Part shown: positions 10,138 through 23,913 of the stretch, in pieces
How positions within the stretch are numbered: position 1 is the first letter of the stretch
Layout of the letters: every line of letters starts with the position of its first letter
Assembly: GCA_963745235.1 (NCBI GenBank)
Contig: CAVUXE010000057.1
Location: forward strand, 9,844 to 73,843
DNA length: 64,000 nt
Direction: 5' to 3'
Source: an uncultured Spirochaetota bacterium
GTDB lineage: Bacteria > Spirochaetota > Spirochaetia > SZUA-6 > Fen-1364
Notes under the pieces: model-generated
Told to the model about the DNA's origin: nothing
Database searches by the model: none
The model's input: the letters and a program-made list of their open reading frames with translations, nothing else
Translations under genes and position numbers: made by a program

Positions 10138-10744
10138 ATGGAAGGCACCAACGAGAAACCGGGGCGAAAGGGCCGCGGTAAAGGTGAGGGATGAAGCCCT
10201 TCACGAAGCCATTCTGGAGGCGGCAGCGACCCTCCTCATCAGCGTGGGGTTCAAGCGCTTCACGATGCAGGGGGTTGCGGCTCGGGCGAAAGCCAGCAAG
10301 GTGACCATTTACAAATGGTGGCCGTCGAAGGGAGCCCTGGCCCTGGACGCCTACGTTCACGCCATCACGGGTCGATTGCCTTCCCCGAGACCGGATCCCC
10401 TCGCAAGGACGTGGAACACCAGCTTGCCGCGCTCATCAAGTGGCTGACCACCACTTCGTCCGGCCGGGCAATCAAGGCAGCTGATCGGTGCCGCTCAGGA
10501 AGACCCCGACCTCAAGAGGGAATTGACTCTCCGGTACATCCAGCCGAGACGGGAAATCGCTGCCCGAGCTTTTGCAAGGATGCTCGGGTGGGACCCCGTG
10601 GAAAAGAAAGATTCACTGTACGTGGTCACTGACCAGGTCTACGGGGCCATTTACAACCGGCTCCTCTTCGGTCTTGCCCCGCTGGACGAGACCCTTGCCC
10701 GTCAGCTTGTTGACTTCTGGGCTCCCGTCGAGGACCGGGCGTAA
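10138..10744 (+). pseudogene. TetR/AcrR family regulator with about three frame breaks
   Basis: ATG 10138 follows AAGGAAA. The HTH is FTMQGVAARAKASKVTIYKWWPSKGAL. The sequence continues across ORFs 10184.., 10315.. and 10523.., with frame changes near 10170-10190, 10368-10378 and 10470-10480. Confidence 0.8.
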
Positions 10745-13440
10745 GAGTCAAGGACATCCCTGATCAGCGCCAGGAGCTCCTCCGCCTTGAATGGCTTGCC
10801 GATAATCCCCTGCACTGCCAGCTGGTTCACCTCGGGAGAGTTCTGTGCCGGGGGAAGTCCGCTCATGATGACCACGGGGACGCCTCCCTGCGAGGCGCGG
10901 AGGGCGGCAACAACTGCCGCGCCGCCCATGACCGGCATATCCATGTCCGTGAGGATGAGCTTGATTGGCCCATTCTGGCTCTGCGCCGCCAACTCCAGAG
11001 CAGAGGCCCCGCTGTTGGCGCTGAGCACCCTGTAGTCGTAGCTCTCCAGGATCTGCCGGGTGATCTGGAGGATGGACACATCGTCGTCGATCACCAGGAC
11101 CGTCTCCCCAGATCCGAGCGGTATTGCCGGCACAGGTTCGTCCAGGTCCGGCTTCTCCGTGGCGCTCAGCGCGGGCAGATAGATGTCGAACCTGGTGCCG
11201 TGGCCCTGGGCGCTTTCGAAAAGAACAAGCCCTCCATGGCCGCGCACGATGGACTGCACCGTGGACAGCCCGAGCCCGGTCCCCTTGCCCTTCTCCTTGG
11301 TCGTGAAGAACGGATCGAAGATCCTGTCCTGGACATCGAGAGGAATCCCGGTACCGTCATCCAGGACGCTCAGCACGACGCAGGGGCCCGACCGGGCGCC
11401 GGGGTGCAGGGAAGCCATCTCCGGCGTTATGGAGCCTCTGCGCCCCATGATCGTGATGTTCCCCCCGTCCGGCAGCGCGTCACGGGAGTTGACGCACAGG
11501 TTGATGAGGACCTGGTGCAGCTGCGTTGCGTCCCCCAGGAGGAGGGGCAGGCTCTTCGGCACGTCATTGGTGATGACGATGTTCTTCGGAAAGGACTCCG
11601 TCAGGATCGACTCGATCTCCCGGGTGACGTGACGGAGCTGCAGGGGAGCCAGCTCACCTTCGCTTCCCCGCGCAAAGGAGAGCATCTGTCGCACGATCTC
11701 GCTTCCCCTGTGGACGCTCGTTTCCAGGATCTGAAGCATCTGCAGGTCACTGGGCGCGGTGTATCGCATCCGCAGCATCTCCACGGACATCATCACGGGG
11801 GACAGGATGTTGTTGAGGTCATGCGCAATGCCGCTCGCGAGGGTCCCCAGGCTTTCCATTCTCTGCGTCCGCCGCAGCTGCTTCTCCATCTCCTTCTGCC
11901 GGCTGATGTCCCTGTTGATGACCAGCCGCGCCCGGGGAAAGCCCGCGGCGTCCCGCACCAGGCTCCAGCGCGAATGGACGCTGATGATACTGCCGGTTTT
12001 CGATCTTTGCCGCAGCTCTCCTTCCCATTCGCCGGCGCTCGTCAGCAGCGCCCGCGCCTCTTCGAAACGGGGGAGGTCGTCGGGAACGACGAGGTCAGGT
12101 GTCGGCGTGTTCGTCAGCTCCTCCAGCGTGTATCCGTACAGCTTCAGCGCTGCCCGGTTGCAATACAGGAGACGCTCGTCTGTCCCCCGGACCAGGATGG
12201 CATCCAGGGCAAAGTCGAGCAGGCGCGCCTGTTCGGCGATCTTTGCCTCGTCATGCCGCCTCCCCGTGATGTCTGAAACCATCCAGATGGCGCCCGTGGT
12301 CCTCCCCGCTGAGTCGCGCAGGGGTGCCGTCGAGATGCTGACGTCGACGGGAGCGCCGTCGCGCCGAGCACGGCGGCTCTCCACGTTGTGTACCGGGGAG
12401 CCCGCAAGCGTCCGCGCAAGGAACCCCTGGAAGTCCCCGACTTTCTCTCCGGGCAGGAACGGAACAGCTCTTCCCAAGGCTTCTTCCTGCGTCCACCCGA
12501 ACATCTGCGTCGCCGCGGGGTTCCAGCTCTGCACCTTTCCTTCGGAGTCGATGCTGATGATGGCGATGGGGGAGGAATCTATGATGGCGCGCATGGTCCG
12601 CATGCTGGCGGCCAGCAGCTCCTTCTCCCGGGATATCTGCGCTCGAAAATGGGCGTTTTCCAGCACCGTCGGAAGGCGTCGCAGGTAGCTTGCGTCCTTG
12701 ATCACGTAATCAGAGGCGCCAAGACGCATCGCCTGGACTGCAATCTCATCGTCACCCTGCCCGGCGGCAACGACCACCGGGATGCCGGGCCCCCCTTGCT
12801 CGCGGAAGGCCTTCAGGAAGTCTATGGCGTTGGTCCCTTCGAGACGGTCGTCCAGGAGAAGAACGTCGCAGCAGGGTTGCTCGCTCGCCGGGTCCTTGCG
12901 GGTCAGCCTCCATATGACTTCCAGCGCGCTGCGCGCTGCCCGCACGTGGATGTGAGGCGCGAACCGGGAGAAATGCCGCAGCATTTGCTGGAAATCTCCG
13001 CTGCTCGTGGTGGCATAAAGGACCGCGAGCGGGCTCGCGCGTCTCACCTCCTCAACGGACTGCCGGGAAATAGCGTCACGCATCATGGCCGGCAGGCGCT
13101 GGAGGTAGTCTCCGCGCTTGACCATGAAATCGTTCGCGCCGCTTTGCAGCGCCGCCACTGCGGCCTCTTCGCCGCCGGAGCTTGTCAGGACGACAACGGC
13201 CATTGGCAGCATGCGGTCCCGGACGAAGGGGACCAGGGAAAGGCCGCTGCCGTCAGGAAGCCCCACGTCGGCCAGGAGGATGTCGTAGGGGGAGTAGTCC
13301 GGACCGGCGGACTCGAGCATGGTGCGGGCGTCCGCAACGGAGCCCGCGGTTTCTATCCTCACCTCCGGCTCCGCGGCCCGGAGGGCCTCTGAAAAAAGGT
13401 CGATGGCGCGAGGATCATCCTCGACGTACATCACTCGCAT
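10702..13440 (-). CDS. Hybrid sensor histidine kinase (REC-REC-PAS-PAS-HisKA-HATPase-REC)
   Basis: 912 aa. Two N-terminal receiver domains, an H-box GIAHDLNNILSPV, DDGTGIP and GTGLGLS ATP-lid motifs, and a C-terminal receiver (LILTDMDMPVMGG). Confidence 0.9.
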   Translation of the reverse strand: MRVMYVEDDPRAIDLFSEALRAAEPEVRIETAGSVADARTMLESAGPDYSPYDILLADVGLPDGSGLSLVPFVRDRMLPMAVVVLTSSGGEEAAVAALQSGANDFMVKRGDYLQRLPAMMRDAISRQSVEEVRRASPLAVLYATTSSGDFQQMLRHFSRFAPHIHVRAARSALEVIWRLTRKDPASEQPCCDVLLLDDRLEGTNAIDFLKAFREQGGPGIPVVVAAGQGDDEIAVQAMRLGASDYVIKDASYLRRLPTVLENAHFRAQISREKELLAASMRTMRAIIDSSPIAIISIDSEGKVQSWNPAATQMFGWTQEEALGRAVPFLPGEKVGDFQGFLARTLAGSPVHNVESRRARRDGAPVDVSISTAPLRDSAGRTTGAIWMVSDITGRRHDEAKIAEQARLLDFALDAILVRGTDERLLYCNRAALKLYGYTLEELTNTPTPDLVVPDDLPRFEEARALLTSAGEWEGELRQRSKTGSIISVHSRWSLVRDAAGFPRARLVINRDISRQKEMEKQLRRTQRMESLGTLASGIAHDLNNILSPVMMSVEMLRMRYTAPSDLQMLQILETSVHRGSEIVRQMLSFARGSEGELAPLQLRHVTREIESILTESFPKNIVITNDVPKSLPLLLGDATQLHQVLINLCVNSRDALPDGGNITIMGRRGSITPEMASLHPGARSGPCVVLSVLDDGTGIPLDVQDRIFDPFFTTKEKGKGTGLGLSTVQSIVRGHGGLVLFESAQGHGTRFDIYLPALSATEKPDLDEPVPAIPLGSGETVLVIDDDVSILQITRQILESYDYRVLSANSGASALELAAQSQNGPIKLILTDMDMPVMGGAAVVAALRASQGGVPVVIMSGLPPAQNSPEVNQLAVQGIIGKPFKAEELLALIRDVLDSYARSSTGAQKSTS

Positions 13441-13466
13441 GGGTCACCTCGGTGCAGCCGTCCATC

Positions 13467-16400
13467 TCATGGTTCCCTCTCAGTTGATGCTGCCGGCAGC
13501 CAGACGCGAAACGTTGCTCCGTTTTCGGGCGCGCTTTCCACCTCTATCCAGCCGCCGATCTCCGCCACGGTGCTCTGGCAAACTGCAAGGCTCAGTCCGA
13601 CGCCCTTCGTCTTTACCTGGCTGGAGCCCGGCTCCGCCCATTCTCCCTTGGTCGTAAAGAACGGCGTGAACACCCTTGGAAGATTCTCGGGGGAGATGCC
13701 CAGGCCGTTGTCCGACACTTCGAGGCAGCAGAACTCCGCTTCGCTTCGCGTGCAGACGGTTATGCACGGTGAGGGGCGCGCGATGAGAGCCTGCATGGCG
13801 TTTGTGATCAGGCTCGTGACGATGAATGCCAGCATGGGCTGATTGACGCGAACCCGCGGGGTCGGCGGGAACGCCGTCGTCAGAGAGATCCCCTCGTTTT
13901 CCAGCTGCTCCTCGAAGAGGCCGAGGATTGCGGGAACGGCCTCTTCGAGGCGAAGCGTCTCCTGTGATGTCTGGGAAGCGCTGGTCAACGCCTGGAGCCG
14001 GTCCGTGATGTCCACGGCCCGCTGCACAGCCTTCAGGGCCTCCCCGATGTAGGTGCGCGCCCCGGCCGGTAGGCCGGCATCCAGGGAGAGCAACGTCCAG
14101 GTACCCTTTGACCGCGGCGTTGATGTTGTTGAACTGGTGCGCAATCCCCGCCGCCAGCGTCCCCAGGCTTTCCAGCCTCTGCGCCCTGATGATCTGCGCC
14201 TGCAGGGCCCTCTGGCTCGTGACATCGCGGGCGATGCACGTGATGCCCACGATCTGCCCGCCTGCGTCCGTCACAAATGAGATGGATGTGGACACGTTCA
14301 CCGTCTTGCCATCCTTGCGCGTGACCGTGCTCTCCAGGCCCACCACGTGCCCTTCGCTCCGCAGCTTCTCCCTCAGCGCTGGCTCCTGGTTCACTATCTC
14401 CAGTGAAAGAAGCGGGTTGATGGATCTGCCGATTATTTCCTCAGCCGCGTATCCGAAGATCTTCTCCGCCCCTTTGTTCCAGCTGGTCACAATGTCGTCA
14501 AGATCGATTCCGATGATGGCGTCGTTCGAAGACTCCACCATCGCGGCAAGACGGAGATTCTTCTCCTCCATCTGGCGGCGCTCCGTCATGTCCCGGGAAA
14601 TGCCGAATGTCCCGACGATCTCTCCCTTGTCGTCCAGCAGCGGCATCTTGGTGGAGGAAACCCACGTCAAGGGCCGGTCCGTCCAGATTTCCTGCTCCAC
14701 GGCGTTGACGAGTGGTTGCCCGGTGCGAATGATCTGCTGTTCGTCGTTGTATGCTTTCTGGGCGTGCTGCGGGGCAAAAAAATCGAAGTCCGTCTTGCCA
14801 AGCACATCGGCAGGGCTCTTTGCCCCCAACTCCCGCACATGGGCCTTGTTGTTGAGAATGAACCTGCTTTCCCTGTCCTTGAAATAGATATAGTCGGGGA
14901 CGTTGTCCATCAGGGCTGTCAGGAACGCCCTCTCCCGGGCAAGCGCAGCCTCTGCCTTGACGCGCTCGGTCACGTCCTCCACGAACCCTTCGAGGAGCGG
15001 GGTGGAAGAACCGATGGGGACGTATGCCCTCAGCATCAGTTGGGCGATGACCGTGCTTCCGTTCCTGTGGCGATAGCGGTTCTCAACCCTCCGCCATTGG
15101 CGGTCTTTCAGGACGAGCGTCAATGATGGCTGGGCGTTGCCCGGGGTCCTCGTACAAGACCTCGGCCACGTTTTTCCTGTTGACCGCGTCGATGAGCTGC
15201 ACGGGGAAGTCGTATCCCACCATTCTCGCGAACGCGGGGTTGACGCTTATCAGCTTTCCCTCCAGGGTGGATTGAAATATGCCGATGGGCGCTTCCATGA
15301 AGATGGTGCGATAGCGCTCCTCGCTTTGCCGCTGCGCCTCCTGCGCTTTCTTGAGGGCCGATATGTCCTTGGTGATTCCGACAACGCCCGCGACAATCCC
15401 ATCCGCATCGAAGATGGGCACTTTCGTGGTCAGGATCCAGTGCGTTGTGCCGCCAACCAGCTTTGGCTCTTCCTTGTTGATCAATCTCCTTCCCTGTCCA
15501 ATGATGAGGCGTTCGTCGGCCGCGAACTCCGCCGCCATTTCCGCGGGGTAAAAGTCCCGGTCCGTCCTGCCGATGAGGTCCTCCGGCTTCGTGGCCTGCA
15601 TGATGTCCGCCACGGGTTTGTTGACCAGGATGAAACGACCGCGCGTGTCCTTCAGGAAGATACCGTCAGGAAGAGTGTTGACGACGGTCCGCAGGAGGGA
15701 CCTTTCCTCATCGATCCTCCGTTCCAGCTTCTTGCGCTCGGTGATGTCGCGGACAATCCCGAGAATGCCCGTTGCGGCCCCGGACGCGTCGCTGAACGGC
15801 AATTTCGTCGTAAGCGCCCATGCGTGAACGCCAGCCGCCGAAATGATCTCCTCCTCTATGTCCGTCTCACCTGTGGCGCTTTTCAGGATCTGCCTGTCGT
15901 ATTCGGAATAGAGGTCCGCAACCTCTTTCGGGAAGAAGTCATGATCTGTCTTGCCGATCATCTGTTCAGGAGACGACATGCCCGCCCATGTCGCGAGCTG
16001 CCGGTTGGCAAGCACGAACCTCCCCTCGCGGTCCTTGATGAATATCTGGTCGGGGACGCTGTCGATGACCGCGCGGACAACGGAGCGTTCCTCCCTGAGC
16101 CTGCTCTCCAGGCGCTTGTAGTCGGTAAAGTCGACAACGTTCACGAGCATGTACGGGTACGCATCTGTTTCCGAAGGGATGAAGGTCCTGACGAGAAGGT
16201 CGAGCCTCTTGCCGGTCAAAGTCCGCGCGCTGGTCTCTGCTTCGAATCGTTCGCGACCCTCCGCCATTGCGGCAAAGAGATCAATGAAGTCTCCCATGGC
16301 CCCCGGATCAAGCGTGGTGTCCAGGGGACCCAGGAGGTCGGCCCTGCTCCCGGCCTCGTACAGCCTGAGGGTGGCCTCGTTGACGTCAACCACGCGGACC

Positions 16401-16597
16401 GCTCGAACCCCTTTTCGGACCAGGGCGGGATGGGCGCGCAGGTATGCCCGGAGGTCCGGGATCCTGCGTGAGGTCCACTGCTTGATGAGCTCCCGCAGGC
16501 CGGAAATGTCCTCTTCCCAGAGAGACACCGAGGAATGCTCGAAGATGCTGCGGTACCTGTCTGCCGCGGCCCGCGATGTGGCGGTTCTCTTTTTCAT
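13467..16597 (-). pseudogene. Multi-PAS sensor histidine kinase with two frame breaks
   Basis: ORFs 15083..16597, 13480..15123 and 13467..14225 read as one protein: at least five PAS-like repeats (FIKDREGRF, FLKDTRGRF, YFKDRESRF), an H-box GIAHQFNNINAAV, then SDNGLGISP and GVGLSLA. Breaks lie near 15112-15125 and 14085-14095. Confidence 0.85.
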
Positions 16598-16617
16598 GCG
16601 GCACGTCCCTCAGTGCG

Positions 16618-17892
16618 TCAGATGACCGTCCCGGGGCTCAGGACCGTGCCCTTGGGGATGATGATGATCCCGTCCCGGATCGAGTATCTCTCGAAGTCGC
16701 CGTCCCGCCGCTGGATCGGGTCGATCCCGATGCGGCAGTTGTCTCCGATGCGCGCGTTCTTGTCGATGATGGCCTTCTTGATGATGCACCCCTGGCCGAT
16801 CCCGATGTTCGGCTCTCCCCGGTTGGCCTCGCGGTCTTCCGCGGTTTCGTAGTAGTCGGCCCCCATGCAGACCACCCCGTCGAGGTTCGCGCCGCTCTCG
16901 ATGATTGTGCGGATCCCGACGATGGAGTTCGCGATATTCGCGTTGGTGATGATGCTCCCTTCCGCGGCAAGTGACTGCGAGATGGTGCTGTAGTTGATCT
17001 TGGACGGCGGCAGGTCGCGGCGGTGCGTGAAGATGGGAGCATTTTCTTCGTAGAGGTTGAATGCCGGGTTGATCGAAGCGAGGTTGATGTTGGCCTCGTA
17101 GAAGCTCTTGATGGTCCCGATGTCCTCCCAGTATCCGTCGAAGACGTACGTGAAGACTTTCACCTTGTCGATGAGCGCGGGGATGATTTCCGAGCCGAAG
17201 TCCGTCAGGGCATTGTCCAGCGCCTTCTTGAGAACGCCAGCCGTAAAGACATAGATTCCCATGGATGCCAGGAACAGGTCCCCGTCCGCGTCCAGCTCCT
17301 GCTGGGCCCTGATCTGCGGGGGAATGGCCAGGGCGGATATGTCCTGGCTGCGGGGCGGTTTCTCGATGAACTTCGTGATCCGGTAGCCTGCGTCCGCCTG
17401 GAGGATGCCCAGGCCGGTGGCCTTGTCGCGCGTGACGGGCATGGAGGCCACCGTCACCTCGGCGCCGGATTCCACGTGCGTCCGATACATGTCCGTCAGG
17501 TCCATCCGGTAGAGCTGGTCTCCGGAGAGGATGAGGTAGTGGGTGGGGGAATGGTCCTCGAAATGCAGGAGGTTCTTGCGCACCGCGTCCGCCGTGCCCT
17601 GGTACCAGTCGCTGGATTCGAGGGTCTGTTCCGCGGCAAGCAGCTCCACAAACCCCGGTGTGAAGGTGTCGAAGCGGTAGGTGTTGTTGATGTGCTTGTG
17701 AAGCGAAGCGGAATTGAACTGCGTGAGGACGTAGATCTTGCGCATCCCCCCGTGCATGCAGTTGGAAATGGGGATGTCGACAATGCGGAACTTGCCTCCG
17801 AAGGGAACAGCCGGCTTCGCTCGATTGGCCGTGAGCGGATAGAGCCTCTGTCCTTTCCCGCCGCCGAGGATGATTGAAATGATCTTTTCCAC
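16618..17892 (-). CDS. glgC: Glucose-1-phosphate adenylyltransferase
   Basis: LGGGKGQRLYPLTANRAKPAVPFGG and a C-terminal left-handed beta-helix. Start set to GTG 17892 (VEKIISIILGGG) after GGGGGG, because the ORF's 5' extension overlaps the predicted promoter. Confidence 0.88.
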   Translation of the reverse strand: MEKIISIILGGGKGQRLYPLTANRAKPAVPFGGKFRIVDIPISNCMHGGMRKIYVLTQFNSASLHKHINNTYRFDTFTPGFVELLAAEQTLESSDWYQGTADAVRKNLLHFEDHSPTHYLILSGDQLYRMDLTDMYRTHVESGAEVTVASMPVTRDKATGLGILQADAGYRITKFIEKPPRSQDISALAIPPQIRAQQELDADGDLFLASMGIYVFTAGVLKKALDNALTDFGSEIIPALIDKVKVFTYVFDGYWEDIGTIKSFYEANINLASINPAFNLYEENAPIFTHRRDLPPSKINYSTISQSLAAEGSIITNANIANSIVGIRTIIESGANLDGVVCMGADYYETAEDREANRGEPNIGIGQGCIIKKAIIDKNARIGDNCRIGIDPIQRRDGDFERYSIRDGIIIIPKGTVLSPGTVI

Positions 17893-17914
17893 CTTGCTGC
17901 CCCCCGGACAGAAA

Positions 17915-17943
17915 AGTCTACGACGCCCCCTTCCACCGGTCAA
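17915..17943 (-). promoter_or_regulatory. Sigma70-like promoter for glgC
   Basis: On the minus strand: TTGACC, 17-nt spacer, TAGACT. Confidence 0.35.
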
Positions 17944-18051
17944 GGCAGAACAGCGTCGACATCAAGACAGCGGGCGCCTTTTCCGCGTGCCCGCCGGCAT
18001 GGTACTATTGCCCGGGGAGGCGGTCCTCTGGTCCGCACAGGGAGGGGGCGA

Positions 18052-20345
<2,294 letters not shown>

Positions 20346-20346
<1 letters not shown>

Positions 20347-21527
20347 TGTCCGACGAGGCGCCGCGAACACGGAGGGGGATCGACTTCCTGAGACGGGGCG
20401 GGCAAGGCGTTCCCGGGCCAGCGCTTCGCTGGACGGATGCTTCCGCTCCTGCATCGTCCCAGGATCCCCGGTTCCCTGGCTGGGTCAGGGAGGGAGAGTT
20501 TCTCTATCGACGCAGGCTCGCTTTTGCCCGGGCGCGCCGTGGAGATCTGGGATCCGGCCTTTTCCCCCGAGGCGGGGTCCGTGGACAAGCTTGTCTTCTA
20601 TGATACGGAGACAACGGGTCTTTCCGGCGGGGCGGGAAGCTTGATCTTCCTGTTCGGCGCCGCATGGTGCGAAGGGCATGACCTGAGGTTCGAGCAGCTT
20701 TTCCTGGCCGACTTCCCGGGGAACCGGAGTTCCTGCAGGCCATCGAGGGCCTGCTGCGGCCGTTTGCGGCCTGGGTCTCGTACAATGGGAAGACCTTCGA
20801 CAGCCACCTGATCCGGACCAGGTTCCTGATGAACGGGATGACCATGGAGCCGGGCCCGCAGGTGGACCTGCTCCATCACGCCAGACGGCTGTGGCGCTCC
20901 ATCACGCGGGATTGCAGCCTGAAAGCCATCGAGAGAGACATCCTGGGAGTCACGCGGGAAATGGACGTGGCCGGAGAGGACATTCCCCTGGTCTGGCTGG
21001 AGTTCCTGCGGACCGGCTCACCGGGGATCCTGCCGGTCGTTTTCCAGCACAACATGACGGACATCACCTCCGTCGCGCGCCTCTACGGCGTCATCGGGAG
21101 CCTGCTCCGCGGCGACGTGGAGGAAACGCCGGTGGATGAGACCGCCCTCGGGGGCTGGCTCCTGGCGCGCTCACCGGCAAGCGGTGCCGCCCTCCTTGGG
21201 GAGGCCTTCCAGAAAGGAAGCCTCCAGGCCGGCGTTGCGCTCAGCCTTCACCACAAGAGGCTCGGGGAATGGGACACGGCTGTCGGAATCTGGCAGGAGC
21301 TCCTCCAGAGATCGAAGAGCCTGTTCGCCGCGGTGGAGCTGGCGAAGCACCTGGAGCACAGGGTGCGCGATCTCAGGCGGGCGCTGGAAATCGTGGAGAT
21401 GGTCAGCTCGTGGCAGCTGCCCTTGAGCGCCGGTGATCGCCAGGAAATCAGGAGACGCAGGGACCGCCTGGTGAGAAAGCTGTCGATGAGGACGGAGCGC
21501 TACCCGAGAACCGCTTCGACTGAATGA
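20346..21527 (+). pseudogene. MrfB/YprB-like RNase H-fold exonuclease; one or two frame breaks
   Basis: Exo motif LVFYDTETTGL, then WVSYNGKTFD and HNMTDI after a frame break at the G4 run 20718..20721. ATG 20346 overlaps the helicase stop (TGATG); a further break near 20520-20540 is likely. Confidence 0.65.
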
Positions 21528-23913
21528 TCCGCCCCGTCCGCGAAAGCAGGAATGACAGTCTCTGAAATCGGCTTGCCGTCAACACTGACAGACTGGATTC
21601 CCCTGCACACGTGCCGCGGGTTCTTCACGGTGATGAGGTACCGTGAGCCTCGAAACACGCGGGTCACCTGGAAGCCGTCCCATGCCGCGGGGATGCAGGG
21701 GTCCACCAGCAGGCCGTCGAAATCCGGCCTGATGCCGAGCATGTATTGCGTTGCCGCCTGGTAGACCCAGGATGCCGTGCCCGAGAGCCAGGAGTTTCGC
21801 GCGAGGCCGAACTGCGGATGCTCGTCCCCAAGGATGTTCTGCGGATAGACCCAGGGCTCGCACTCGAAGCGCTCGATCTGGTCGTTGCTCAAGGCCGGGT
21901 TGATCTGGCGGTAATACTGCCACGCGCGGTCCCCGTTTCCGACCATGGTCTGGGCGATCATGGCCCACGGGTTGGTGTGGAGAAATATCCCGCAGTTCTC
22001 CTTTGCCCCGGGGGGATACGTTGTGACGCCGCCTTTTGCGGGGTCGAACCCATTGAAACCGGGCGCGGACTTCTTTATGCCGTATCGCGTGTTCAACTTT
22101 GTATGGAGGGACTCGAGCGCGGCCCGGGCCCTCTCCGGCGTGGCAAAACCCGAGATCACCGCCCACGTCTGCGCGTTGACGTAGATCTGGCCCTGCTCGT
22201 TGCACCGCGAGCCAAGCGGCGCGCCATCCGCGTCGAAATAGCGAACGTACCATGCTCCATCCCACGCGTGCTCGTTGAAAAGAGCTTTCATCTCGTCGTA
22301 CAGGCGCGTGTACCGCTCCGCCCCGGCGGGATCCCCGCGCCGGGAAAGGAGTGCGGACAATTCCTGCAGCGCTTTCCCGTACAGGCACGCGGTGAAGATC
22401 GACTCCGCGCCCGCTGCAAGGTTCACCGTGTCATTCCAGTCCGCAAAACCAAGGAGGGGAAGCCCATGGCGCCCCACGTTGCCGCGGGTGAAGCCGAGAG
22501 CGCGCTGGAGATGCTCCAGCACGGAAGCGCTTTCAAGCGGCTCTCCCGAGGTTGCCTTGTCGTAGAAGGGCAGGGGGGTGGAAAGGAACCCGAAGTCCCC
22601 GGTCTCTTTCACGTAGGCGGAAACCGCCAGGATGATCCAAAGAGCATCGTCACTGTAGTACTGAGGGCGATCTTCCCTTTCACGGGCGTCCCCCATGCTC
22701 CCCTCCATGGTCGCGGGGTTGAACTGGTGCATCGCGCACCCGTCGCGCGTCTGAACGGACAGGAGGCGCTGGATGAGCTCCCGCGCCTCTCCGTGGGCAA
22801 AGGGCAGAACGCCCATCACGTCCTGCGATGAGTCGCGGAAGCCGATTCCCCGGGCGCCGTAGCCGAGCTGATACAGGGAGAGGTAGCGTGACCAGGTCAG
22901 GGTGACGTGGCATTGGCGGGGATTGTGGATGTTGAGCATCCTGTCCGCATCCGTGTCAGGCGTGCGCGACCTGCTGCCTGTCCAGGCATGATGTCCAGAA
23001 CCGTCCGAGCTCTTCGAAGGACTCATCCACCCGGGCGGGTCCGCGAAAAGCGCGGATGCCCGGGCATCGCCGCCGCCAGGCTTTCTGCCTGGCCTACCTG
23101 GACAATCAGCCTTCGCTCGTCCCCCCTTGCCATCCTTCCGAGGTGATGCATGAGGGCGCCGATATTGTCCCCCCGGTTCGCCTCCCCGTTGCCCAGCTCT
23201 TTCGCGAGAAGGCTCCGGGGAGCCGACCAGGTCCCGTACTCGTTGTCCCCGAGAAATCTTTTGCGGTCCGTCTCGAACGAAGAGGCGGGGAGGCTGGATG
23301 TCATGTAGTTGATGCGGGTATCCCGCATCATGAACGCGTACTGGGAGAGGACGACGCGGCCGTCCTGCCCGGTCGCCGCCCGGCTCTGCATTGTCTGCGG
23401 CACCCAGTCCGCGTTGGTGAGCTGCTTCAACGCGTCGAAATGCGTGTACTCCACCACGGGGATGGCATCCACCTCGACGGCCTTTCCTCCGACCTTCGCG
23501 ACCCGGATATCCATGATGAGCCGGCTATCCTTGTGCGGGACAAAGAAAGTTGCCGACACCTGGAGGCCGGCCACGACGGAGACGATCCTGGTGTAGCCCA
23601 GGCCGATGTGGCATTCAAAGAAGTCCAGGGGCTGCAGCCCCGGGACGAAAAAGGGGGAGAGAAGGGCATACCCGGTCCGTGAGCGCGTGCGAAGGTAAAG
23701 GGTGGTGCCTTTGAAATCCGACGCGGGCGTGAGCGCCAGGTAGCGCGTGATGCGGTTTGTGGCCGGGTCTCCCCGGCAGAGCAGGCTCCCTCCCGTGTGA
23801 TCCACGAACCCCCCGAAGGAGAGCGTGCCCACGTAGTTGATCCACTTGACGGGGGTCAGGGGATTCGTGATCACGTATTCCCGGGCCGCGTCGTCGAAAT
23901 GACCGCACCTCAC
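21500..23913 (-). pseudogene. GH94-family glycoside phosphorylase (cellobiose/chitobiose phosphorylase-like); two frame breaks
   Basis: N-terminus MRCGHFDDAAREYVITNPLTPVKWINYVG, then GIGFRDSSQDVMG, catalytic-region FADWNDTVNL and LHTNPWAMIA. A third frame carries RALFADPARVDESFEELGRFW between the breaks near 23065-23075 and 22960-22970. Confidence 0.8.
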
